26,749 nt of DNA from a virus (taxonomy: Duplodnaviria; Caudoviricetes), in IMG/VR virus record IMGVR_UViG_3300012953_000185, positions 1 to 26,749 of that record, one strand, 5' to 3'. Positions 17,946 through 25,668 of the stretch are shown one piece after another; positions within the stretch are counted from its first letter, which is position 1, and each line of letters opens with the position of its first letter. The notes beneath the pieces are model-generated. The model saw only the letters and a program-made list of their open reading frames with translations, searched no databases and was not told the DNA's origin. The translations under genes were made by a program, and so were the position numbers.

Positions 17946-18620
17946 ATGGGATTTCTGAATAATACATCAATCACGGTAGATGCCATTTTAACTAAAAAAG
18001 GTCGTGAGTTACTAGCGAGAGGTAGAAATGAATTTCAAGTTACGAAATTTGCATTAGCAGACGATGAAGTCGATTACCGTTTATGGGATACCTCGCATCC
18101 CAATGGAACAAACTATTATGGGGCAGTCATTGAGAATATGCCTTTATTAGAACCTGTTCCAGATGAAACACAAGCTTTAAAATACAAGTTAGTTTCTCTA
18201 CCAAAAGAAACTATTAAATTACCAATATTAGAAATTGGTTTACCATCTTTGAGTTTTGGTAATGGTGCAGCAGGAAATAATCCAGGAACAATTGTTTCAC
18301 CTGGAACTGCAAACTCAACAGATGCAGAACTTGGATATACATTTATAATACATGACACAAGTGTGGCAACACTCGGTGAGGTAACAGCAGCACCCGGACA
18401 GACAGCACCATTAGTACCTGCCGTCATAAGTGCAGATGACCAATTAACATCACAAGAAAAAGTAGGATTGACTTGTAGAATAGTACCTGCTATGTTTACT
18501 ACTCCAAACAGAAAAAGAACCAATCTTACAATAGTTGGTAATCAGACTGGAGCAACAAAAACAATAACCATAAGTGTTAATAAAACTGTTATTGGAACAT
18601 CAGCCACAACATCATCATAA
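17946..18620 (+). CDS. Phage structural (tail/baseplate) protein
   Basis: MGFLNNTSITVDAILTKKGRELLA...VTKFALADDEVDY resembles the N-terminal LTxxG motif of tail-collar-type proteins. AAGGAG SD. Confidence 0.65.
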   Translation: MGFLNNTSITVDAILTKKGRELLARGRNEFQVTKFALADDEVDYRLWDTSHPNGTNYYGAVIENMPLLEPVPDETQALKYKLVSLPKETIKLPILEIGLPSLSFGNGAAGNNPGTIVSPGTANSTDAELGYTFIIHDTSVATLGEVTAAPGQTAPLVPAVISADDQLTSQEKVGLTCRIVPAMFTTPNRKRTNLTIVGNQTGATKTITISVNKTVIGTSATTSS

Positions 18621-18632
18621 TAGGAGCAAATA

Positions 18633-19682
18633 ATGGCACTACAAGGAGTATATAAATTATTTAACGAAGATACAGATGTTGTAAGAAACATTAAGGGTAT
18701 CGTATCATCAGGTATCTGGAGTGGGGGTAGTGGTACATTGACTTCATTTTTTACGCAATCTGCTCAAAGTTCTTCTAATGGTCAATACTATTTAGATGTT
18801 TATAAAACAAACCCACAAACAGATAGTGAGGCCGAAGTCCAATTTAGTGTAGCATATGCACATTATCACGGAAGTGGTTCAAAAGGTACAAAAGGTGCGG
18901 CAACTGGAAATCGAGCATCAGCTGGACTTTACGCACAACTTAGTAATTTAATTTTAGAACCTAATGTAGACAAATTTACTTTTGCAGGTGGAAGTTCTTC
19001 TGAAGAGTCAGTTTACGCAGTTTCTTTTAAAAGAGCAAGAATGAAAGAAAAAGTAGATCCTGGTAATTGGGAATTACACATAAGTGGTTCATCAAATGCT
19101 AGTGGTAATTCTAAAGGATTTGTAAAATTAATTGATGATAGTAATTCAACAACAAATGCAGCAACTGGAATTGGTGGTAGAGTATTTAATGTTGTAAGTG
19201 GTTCAATATCAAGTGGTACTGCAGTTGTTAATACTGTAGCATCATCACAGACTGGTGGAGGATATGGTTTATTTTATCCTGATTTAGGATTGATTCTTTT
19301 GAATGAACCTGTATTAACTGCATCAAGTTCTTTGGGTACAGTTAAAACTTCAAATACTGATGGATATAATCATGGTAAATTATTTACAGCAATTAAAGGT
19401 GGGATAAAATTTCAAGCAAGAAGAGAAGAAAGATTATCCTCTACTCATTTTTTCTGTAGAGCAGGTAATAAAGAATTTAATTTTAGTAATAATCCAACTT
19501 TCTTCACTGCTTCGACTGGTGATTTCACACAGGCAACTTTCTTTAAAGATCCGAAAACATTTATAACGACTATCGGATTGTATAATAATTCCAATGAATT
19601 GTTAGCAGTAGCAAAGTTAAGTAAACCAGTTCTTAAATCTTATTCGAGAGAAGCATTAATCAAAGTTAAACTTGATTTCTAA
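18633..19682 (+). CDS. Phage tail/baseplate structural protein, paralog A
   Basis: C-terminal FITTIGLYNNSNELLAVAKLSKP...KLDF; Ser/Thr/Gly-rich; AGGAG SD. Confidence 0.7.
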   Translation: MALQGVYKLFNEDTDVVRNIKGIVSSGIWSGGSGTLTSFFTQSAQSSSNGQYYLDVYKTNPQTDSEAEVQFSVAYAHYHGSGSKGTKGAATGNRASAGLYAQLSNLILEPNVDKFTFAGGSSSEESVYAVSFKRARMKEKVDPGNWELHISGSSNASGNSKGFVKLIDDSNSTTNAATGIGGRVFNVVSGSISSGTAVVNTVASSQTGGGYGLFYPDLGLILLNEPVLTASSSLGTVKTSNTDGYNHGKLFTAIKGGIKFQARREERLSSTHFFCRAGNKEFNFSNNPTFFTASTGDFTQATFFKDPKTFITTIGLYNNSNELLAVAKLSKPVLKSYSREALIKVKLDF

Positions 19683-19698
19683 ACCATAGGGGGAGGGT

Positions 19699-20730
19699 AT
19701 GTTAAGAGATGTCCACCCATCTGATGTTTCTATAGAGCCATTTAAAACTTTTAAGAAATTCACATTTAATAATAACGATAGTGGTAGTGGAGTTTTCGCT
19801 TTAAGGGCAACAAGTGGCAGTTTTAGAGCATTTGATACGGGTTCCGCAGCATCACAGAGTATAGGTCAGTTCAATCAAGTATCGTATAGTATAAAGTTAC
19901 CTAAATCCACTTGGTATAGTGGTGGTACTTTTTATGATATTGTTACTCATCATAGTTTAAAACAATTGTACTATGATAGATACGATTATAATCCATATCA
20001 GACACACGGTTCTTCTAATCTAAACAAACACCAAAGAGTTTTACATAATAATGCATCCTTAATTTCTGTTCCACAACAATTTTTTGGTGAAAAAATTAAA
20101 CCTAAATCAGTTAAAGTATTAGATGATTCCAAAGATTTTACATTAGATATACGAGATGACGGACAAGGTAACTTATATGATTATGCATTTTCATCAAGTT
20201 ACTCTGATTTTCGTTCATCGGGTTCATTTGGTACTATCCAACCTGCAAATAGTTCAAGTGGAGTTATAGGGAATGTATTTTATCAACACGGATTAATAGT
20301 CATGACAAGTACAGGTTCTCGGTACTTAAATGCATTTCTTGGTAGTGGAAATGATGGGTTTTCCGTTACACATAGGGCTACTCATACGATATATCAACAC
20401 GAATATACAGTAACTTCAAAGGCTGGTATGCACAACACTACTAAAAATATAAGTGCAACATTAGGAAGAAGTGGCAGTTTTGCTATCGGTGAAGGTGTGA
20501 ATCCAAGAAAAGTATTTCCTATGCCAGGTGATGCTTCAGTAACTAAATCATTCTATGAAGCAACTCAATTTTTACAAAATGAATTCACAAGTTCTAATTT
20601 TTCACCATACATTACAACCATTGGGTTGTATAATGATTTTGGTGATTGTTTGGCTATAGCAAGAACATCTAAACCAATCAGAAACGATGATGAAATGGAT
20701 ATGAGCTTTGTAGTCAGATTTGATGTTTAA
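19699..20730 (+). CDS. Phage tail/baseplate structural protein, paralog B
   Basis: C-terminal YITTIGLYNDFGDCLAIARTSKP...RFDV. Shares EK(I/V)xP and GxxxxxxGLI blocks with 18633-19682. Confidence 0.7.
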   Translation: MLRDVHPSDVSIEPFKTFKKFTFNNNDSGSGVFALRATSGSFRAFDTGSAASQSIGQFNQVSYSIKLPKSTWYSGGTFYDIVTHHSLKQLYYDRYDYNPYQTHGSSNLNKHQRVLHNNASLISVPQQFFGEKIKPKSVKVLDDSKDFTLDIRDDGQGNLYDYAFSSSYSDFRSSGSFGTIQPANSSSGVIGNVFYQHGLIVMTSTGSRYLNAFLGSGNDGFSVTHRATHTIYQHEYTVTSKAGMHNTTKNISATLGRSGSFAIGEGVNPRKVFPMPGDASVTKSFYEATQFLQNEFTSSNFSPYITTIGLYNDFGDCLAIARTSKPIRNDDEMDMSFVVRFDV

Positions 20731-20742
20731 TTAGTAAAGGTT

Positions 20743-20750
20743 ATATTTAT
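20743..20750 (+). promoter_or_regulatory. ATATTTAT putative promoter for the envelope module
   Basis: Recurring motif located about 32 nt before the ATG at 20783. Confidence 0.5.
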
Positions 20751-20782
20751 TGTTGTATAATATCGCTAACGGGAGAAAACAG

Positions 20783-22084
20783 ATGTTAAAGAGAATTATA
20801 ATAGGCCTATTAATGGTCTCATCTTTGTTTGGACAAAGTTTGCTTGGAAACTTTTTCAAGTATTCAACGGCATATGCTAGTTTCAGTTTAAATGCACCAC
20901 GATATCAAGACGATAGATTTGCCATAGTCGGTGGTTTATCTACTGGTGATTTAGTAGTAGAGAGAACAGACAGAAACTTAAAACCTGATTTTCAAACATC
21001 ATTTGGTTTGAGAAAAGTAGGTAGATTTCAGTACGAACCAAAACGAGGTGTTAAGGGTGCTGGTAAAGGTGGAACTTGGTACGATGGTTCAGAACAAAAT
21101 GCAAACGAAAGTGCTACATTTGGTCCAGTCAAAGGTTGGGAATATTTAATAAAATTTTCAGAAGGTCGTCAATGGGGTAATGATTATGTGAATCAAGAGT
21201 TTTGGTTGAGATACATTGGTGATTATGTAATGGCCAAAGTTGGTATGACCGAATTAGGATTAGAAGATATTCACTATACACACGGTGATTTAAGATTACA
21301 CCTTACACCAGAAGCCTTAGGTAATAAATTTCATGTATCCGTTGGTGTAAAACATAGAAATCATCCTGTATATGGATTTGATGCTATGGTATTGGATACG
21401 ACTTGGTACAGAGGTCAATGGTGGCAATTTGCTGAAAAGGCTTTTGGTATTGATGATAATATGTGGTATGATGAATCTATGTTGGAAGGATATGATGAAA
21501 ATGGTAATCCAATTTGGACTCATGATGAATTATTAGAATATGTAAATGGTGAATGGGTGCCGATTGAAGGAGATGGTCCTTTTTGGAATGGTCAAGGTGA
21601 ATATTGGGGACATGATTGGTTATGGAGAGATGCTGATGGTAGGATATTTGCCTACACAGATAGAGAATATTTTGTATACCACTTTCCTAATATGTTAGAA
21701 GAATATATTGGTGGGGTTAAGAAAAACTTAGGCAATCAAAACGAAACATCATTAGTATTGGGTGTGGATTTTTACCATTATGGTGACAATTGGTGGTTAC
21801 ATACTTGGGGTAATTGGTTACCTGTACATTATGGTCATGACCTATATGCTTACCATAACGCAGCACATTATCAAGACCATTTAACATTAAAAGGTAAACC
21901 ACACGAGTTTAAATTTAAAGATGCTATGTGGCATGATTGGAATGATTACGACATGGGTGCAATATTTGGAGTAAAGGTTCGAGATAATCTTGGAGTTTTT
22001 GCTGAAGGAAGATATTTGTATTATTGGGAAAGACCAGCATACGATATCAAGTTAGGGGTAAATTATCAGTTTATGGGATTCTAA
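20783..22084 (+). CDS. Putative outer-membrane beta-barrel protein, paralog 1 (start revised from 20750)
   Basis: GGGAG SD at 20771-20775 before the ATG at 20783. Signal peptide MLKRIIIGLLMVSSLFG|Q, aromatic-rich alternating strands, and C-terminal YDIKLGVNYQFMGF resembling a beta-signal. Confidence 0.7.
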   Translation: MLKRIIIGLLMVSSLFGQSLLGNFFKYSTAYASFSLNAPRYQDDRFAIVGGLSTGDLVVERTDRNLKPDFQTSFGLRKVGRFQYEPKRGVKGAGKGGTWYDGSEQNANESATFGPVKGWEYLIKFSEGRQWGNDYVNQEFWLRYIGDYVMAKVGMTELGLEDIHYTHGDLRLHLTPEALGNKFHVSVGVKHRNHPVYGFDAMVLDTTWYRGQWWQFAEKAFGIDDNMWYDESMLEGYDENGNPIWTHDELLEYVNGEWVPIEGDGPFWNGQGEYWGHDWLWRDADGRIFAYTDREYFVYHFPNMLEEYIGGVKKNLGNQNETSLVLGVDFYHYGDNWWLHTWGNWLPVHYGHDLYAYHNAAHYQDHLTLKGKPHEFKFKDAMWHDWNDYDMGAIFGVKVRDNLGVFAEGRYLYYWERPAYDIKLGVNYQFMGF

Positions 22085-22085
22085 A

Positions 22086-23339
22086 ATGAAAAAGTTACTT
22101 ATTGGATTATTACTAACAACATCACTATTTGGAGAAACTGAGTTTTGGAAATTCTTCAAATATTCTACAGCTTATGCTGGATTTAATTTATCATCTCCTA
22201 AGTGGGAAGATGATAGATACATATTAGTTGATGATGGTATGTGGGGAAATATATATCTGCCTGTTCCTGAAATTGAAAAGGAAGAAAGAAATTACGAGCC
22301 TGATTTTGATATTTCATTAGGTATAAGAAAGATAGGTAGATTTCAATATGAACCAAAACGAGGTGTTAAAAATGCAGGAGTTGGTGGTGATTGGTACAAG
22401 GGTGACGAGACAAACTTTAATGAATCCGCAACTATCGGTAGAGTTACTGGTTGGGAATACTTACTAAAATATTCAACCAATCGTAGATGGGATGAAAAAT
22501 TTGTTTCACAAGAATACTATTTAAGATATCTCGGAAATAACTTTATAGCAAAAGTAAAATATTTGGATTTGGAATTAGAGGATTTGACCTATTTTGAAAA
22601 TGAACTCCGATTTAGAAAACAATTTGATTTACCAAATGCCAATTTAAATATTTCTGTCGGTGTGAGTAATCGTAATCATCCTGTTTATGGATTCGCACCA
22701 CAGGCAATAGATAGTGTTTGGTACACAACACCGTGGTATGCATTTGCTAATGAACAGTTTGGTTTTGAATGGAAAATGTATACCGTAGGATATACCGAAG
22801 AAGGGTGGCCTATTTGGGAAATTATGTATGATGATGAAACCGGTGAGGAAATAGCATTAGGTGGAACAGATTTTAGATGGTTTGATGAGAATGGTAATCA
22901 AGTAACATTGACCAACAATGAATTTTATTCCTACCATTATCCAAGATTATTAGAATCTTGGTTCGAGGAAAAGGCAAAAGAATTAGGTAATCAAAGTGAA
23001 ATATCACTATCACTTGGTTTGGATTATTATAAATATACCGAAAAATTTTGGGTTCATGCTTGGGGTAGTTTGTACCCTGTTCATTATGGGTTTGATAAAT
23101 ACTCTTATCATAACGCAGTAAGTTTTCAAGACCATTTAGATGAAGAGTTAGACCCAAGAGATTTTAAATTTGAAGATACTGGTGTAGGTCAATGGTTTGA
23201 TTATGACTTAGGTGCTATTATCGGATTTAAGTTACAAGACAATTTAGGATTCTATACAGAAGGTAAATATCTTAATTATTGGGAAAGGCCTTCTTATGAG
23301 TTAAAAGTCGGATTAAATTATCAAATATTAGGAATGTAA
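22086..23339 (+). CDS. Putative outer-membrane beta-barrel protein, paralog 2
   Basis: Signal peptide MKKLLIGLLLTTSLFG|E. Shares FFKYSTAYA, GRFQYEPKRGVK, NESAT, GWEYL, RNHPVYGF and YWERP with paralog 1. Ends YELKVGLNYQILGM. Confidence 0.7.
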   Translation: MKKLLIGLLLTTSLFGETEFWKFFKYSTAYAGFNLSSPKWEDDRYILVDDGMWGNIYLPVPEIEKEERNYEPDFDISLGIRKIGRFQYEPKRGVKNAGVGGDWYKGDETNFNESATIGRVTGWEYLLKYSTNRRWDEKFVSQEYYLRYLGNNFIAKVKYLDLELEDLTYFENELRFRKQFDLPNANLNISVGVSNRNHPVYGFAPQAIDSVWYTTPWYAFANEQFGFEWKMYTVGYTEEGWPIWEIMYDDETGEEIALGGTDFRWFDENGNQVTLTNNEFYSYHYPRLLESWFEEKAKELGNQSEISLSLGLDYYKYTEKFWVHAWGSLYPVHYGFDKYSYHNAVSFQDHLDEELDPRDFKFEDTGVGQWFDYDLGAIIGFKLQDNLGFYTEGKYLNYWERPSYELKVGLNYQILGM

Positions 23340-23349
23340 AGGAAATATT

Positions 23350-23946
23350 ATGAAACACGAGGAAATATACAATATAGTAAGAATGATTTGTGGTTCACTA
23401 CTAATGGTAGGAATGTTTATGCTACCAAGTTGTGAAGATAATGAGGTCGTTGAAGAAGTATTAGAACCATCAATGGAAATGTGGGTAAATGGTGATCCAA
23501 TAGACCCGTTTACTTACTATGGTTCTATAACAACATTTGGACAGAAGAAACTTGGTGAAGATGGTAAGATTAAAAAACTACTTGTTTTTCACTTTCAAAG
23601 AGAAGTTGGTAGGGTATTACCTGAATTAGAACACTATGCTACTATATGGTATGATAAAGATGCAATAGATGATAATAATTTAATAGATGAAGGTTTGTAC
23701 TTAAATTACGGAGTCGAGGATACCGTTTATAGAGATAAAACAATAGACTTAGAAATTATAGGTAGTTTTGATTATACAAATTTTGGTCAAGCAGAAATAA
23801 CAGAAGTTAGAGATAATAAAATCTCAGGTGTGGTCAATGGTCAATTCTATAATCCATATAGGGATGAATTACAAATAGCATTATTGGTTTTTGAGAACAT
23901 TGAAATAGGAATGGATCCAGAAGGAACATTCTACAACGGTGAATAA
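23350..23946 (+). CDS. Lipoprotein, beta-rich, unknown function
   Basis: Hydrophobic stretch ending in the lipobox-like LPS|C, followed by an acidic linker (EDNEVVEEV). Confidence 0.7.
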   Translation: MKHEEIYNIVRMICGSLLMVGMFMLPSCEDNEVVEEVLEPSMEMWVNGDPIDPFTYYGSITTFGQKKLGEDGKIKKLLVFHFQREVGRVLPELEHYATIWYDKDAIDDNNLIDEGLYLNYGVEDTVYRDKTIDLEIIGSFDYTNFGQAEITEVRDNKISGVVNGQFYNPYRDELQIALLVFENIEIGMDPEGTFYNGE

Positions 23947-23949
23947 TGA

Positions 23950-24594
23950 ATGAGTGATGGAGTTAGATTAGGACAATTGTTATGTGATGCTGATATCATC
24001 ACAAAACGACAACTAAGTAAGGCCTTACAAGAACAGGTCAAGGGTAGAAAGGGCACAATTGGAGAGATACTCGTTGAAATGGGATTTTGTAGTTTTGATG
24101 ATATCACCGATACCTTAATGAATTCCACAGAGGATACGAAGAAACACGAGGAAAAACACGAAGAGATTCATAAAGAACCTATAGTTCCCCCACCTACTGA
24201 ACCTGAACCCGAACCCGAACCTAAGAAAAAAGAACCAATTGAGTTATCAGAGGATAAGGTTTTAGATACTAAGTTTACCCTATCAATACAAACAATGATA
24301 GCAGCTGGAACAGGTCTTGCCTCATTAATTGGTATGTGGTACACATTACAAGGTGAGATAGAGGAAGCAAAAGAATTACCAAAAATCAATATAGAAGAAA
24401 TTTTTACGGATGAATATCCGTCCAAACCTGATGGTCACAACTGGCCAAGGTCTTATGAACAATATAAAAACCAAGTTGGTGGTCTACAAGAAGATATGGA
24501 TGCCGTCTATGATATGTTAGACGAGTACGAAGAACTCATAAAAGAATTGAGAAAAGACATCAAAGACCTTGAACGAAGAAAAAGGGATAAATAG
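23950..24594 (+). CDS. MshEN-like (c-di-GMP-binding) domain + Pro-rich linker + TM helix + coiled coil
   Basis: RLGQLLCDADIITKRQLSKALQEQ fits RLGxxLxxxGxxxxxxLxxxLxxQ with G10->D; a second degenerate copy reads TIGEILVEMGF. These are followed by an EPEPEPEP linker, TM IQTMIAAGTGLASLIGMWY and a C-terminal heptad coil. Confidence 0.8.
   Translation: MSDGVRLGQLLCDADIITKRQLSKALQEQVKGRKGTIGEILVEMGFCSFDDITDTLMNSTEDTKKHEEKHEEIHKEPIVPPPTEPEPEPEPKKKEPIELSEDKVLDTKFTLSIQTMIAAGTGLASLIGMWYTLQGEIEEAKELPKINIEEIFTDEYPSKPDGHNWPRSYEQYKNQVGGLQEDMDAVYDMLDEYEELIKELRKDIKDLERRKRDK
24199..24222 (+). repeat. (GAACCY)4 hexamer repeat encoding (EP)4
   Basis: gaacct gaaccc gaaccc gaacct. Confidence 0.85.
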
Positions 24595-24603
24595 GAGTTT
24601 GTT

Positions 24604-24981
24604 ATGAAATATGTATTAGGGCTATTATTATTTCTATCTATTGCATTCTCACAGGGTGTAAATGATAAGAATTTTAAAGAGAAAATAAATGGTGGTGTGG
24701 TCGTAGCCGTCTTTACTTCTGAATGGCAAGAACAAGATTTAGACGAAAAAATAATTAAAGGTGTTGAAGGTTATCAAGATTGTGAAATTATTTATGTAGA
24801 AAGTGAACAAGCCAAAAAAGTAATTAAGAAACTAAGATTTAGAAATTTTCCATCAATTGCCCTATTCTTTGATGGAAGTAAAAAGGAAACTTGGAAGGCC
24901 GATATGGATGGTGAGGTTGATTGTTCTGCTAAGGACATCAAAGGTGCTATTGATGATATGTTAGCCGAAGATGTTTTTTAA
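24604..24981 (+). CDS. Exported thioredoxin-fold protein lacking CxxC
   Basis: Signal peptide (MKYVLGLLLFLSIAFS|Q). VNDKNFKEKINGGVVVAVFTSEW and LRFRNFPSIALFFDG match the thioredoxin scaffold and cis-Pro loop. WCxxC is replaced by WQEQD. Confidence 0.8.
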   Translation: MKYVLGLLLFLSIAFSQGVNDKNFKEKINGGVVVAVFTSEWQEQDLDEKIIKGVEGYQDCEIIYVESEQAKKVIKKLRFRNFPSIALFFDGSKKETWKADMDGEVDCSAKDIKGAIDDMLAEDVF

Positions 24982-24984
24982 TGG

Positions 24985-25638
24985 ATGGATTTAGCAACTT
25001 TAGCCGGACATTTAGCATTTGGACTCATAGCCTTTTCTTTTTTGGTCAAGGACATCTTGTGGTTACGGGTTGTATCTATATTAGCCAGTCTATTCTCGGT
25101 ATTTTATAATTACTTTATACTAGTCGAACCCATGTGGTTGGCAATCAATTGGAACATTGTATTTGTTCTTGTAAACATCTATCACATAGCAATCATTATT
25201 TATGAAAAACGACCTGTTCATATGGACGATAAGAATAATGAGTTATACGAAACCTTATTCAAAGAATTAACACCAGTAGAGTATTTAAAAATCAGTAAGG
25301 CTGCAATTTGGAAAACATTCAAATCAGGTGAAGTTATAACACGACAAGAACATCTTGTGCCAGATTTAGTATTAATTTACAACGGAACGATAGATGTTTC
25401 TGTTGGAGGTAAAAAGGTAGCCGTACTAAAAGATGGACAATTTGTTGGAGAGATGTCTTTCCTTACAGAGAAATCAGCAACTGCAACTTGTATAGTAAAA
25501 CATGAGGCAGAATGTTTAGTATGGAAACAAAGAGAGTTTAAAGAATTATTAAAGAGAAACCCATCATTATATTTTTCACTACAAACTTTATTAAGTGCAC
25601 AAGTATCGAGTAACTTAGTAAGCAGTAGTAAAAAGTAA
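24985..25638 (+). CDS. Popeye-like membrane protein with C-terminal cyclic-nucleotide-binding domain
   Basis: Three N-terminal TM segments (SFLVKDILWLR..., INWNIVFVLVNIY), then a cNMP-binding pattern GEVITRQ...LIYNGTIDV...GQFVGEMSFL...ATATC. Confidence 0.88.
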   Translation: MDLATLAGHLAFGLIAFSFLVKDILWLRVVSILASLFSVFYNYFILVEPMWLAINWNIVFVLVNIYHIAIIIYEKRPVHMDDKNNELYETLFKELTPVEYLKISKAAIWKTFKSGEVITRQEHLVPDLVLIYNGTIDVSVGGKKVAVLKDGQFVGEMSFLTEKSATATCIVKHEAECLVWKQREFKELLKRNPSLYFSLQTLLSAQVSSNLVSSSKK

Positions 25639-25646
25639 TGATTAAC

Positions 25647-25655
25647 ATATTTATA
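25647..25655 (+). promoter_or_regulatory. ATATTTATA putative late promoter for the basic peptide/holin unit
   Basis: Recurring motif 13 nt upstream of the ATG at 25669. Confidence 0.5.
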
Positions 25656-25668
25656 TACGGAAAAATAA

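Noticed and set aside
3811-20730. Bacterial eCIS/T6SS/tailocin locus rather than phage
   Set aside because: No Afp/Tss-specific genes (AAA+ ATPase, TssJLM, ClpV) were seen. The T4-type gp6/gp25, phage-style hypotheticals and holin favour a phage, although capsid and terminase genes are not in the window.
20750-20782. TTG start at 20750 for barrel paralog 1
   Set aside because: The ATG at 20783 has a GGGAG SD and gives a signal peptide aligning with paralog 2. The extension overlaps the putative promoter motif.
23352-24154. 14-bp repeat GAAACACGAGGAAA at 23352-23365 and 24141-24154 (KHEE)
   Set aside because: Short, purine-rich and within coding sequence, with no mobile-element context; probably chance.
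515-24594. Frequent TAG gene ends suggesting amber stop-codon recoding
   Set aside because: Long ORFs are intact under code 11. Most TAGs are part of TAGGAG/TAGGGG, overlapping the next gene's SD (515, 953, 6475, 6911, 8915, 24592), which explains their use.
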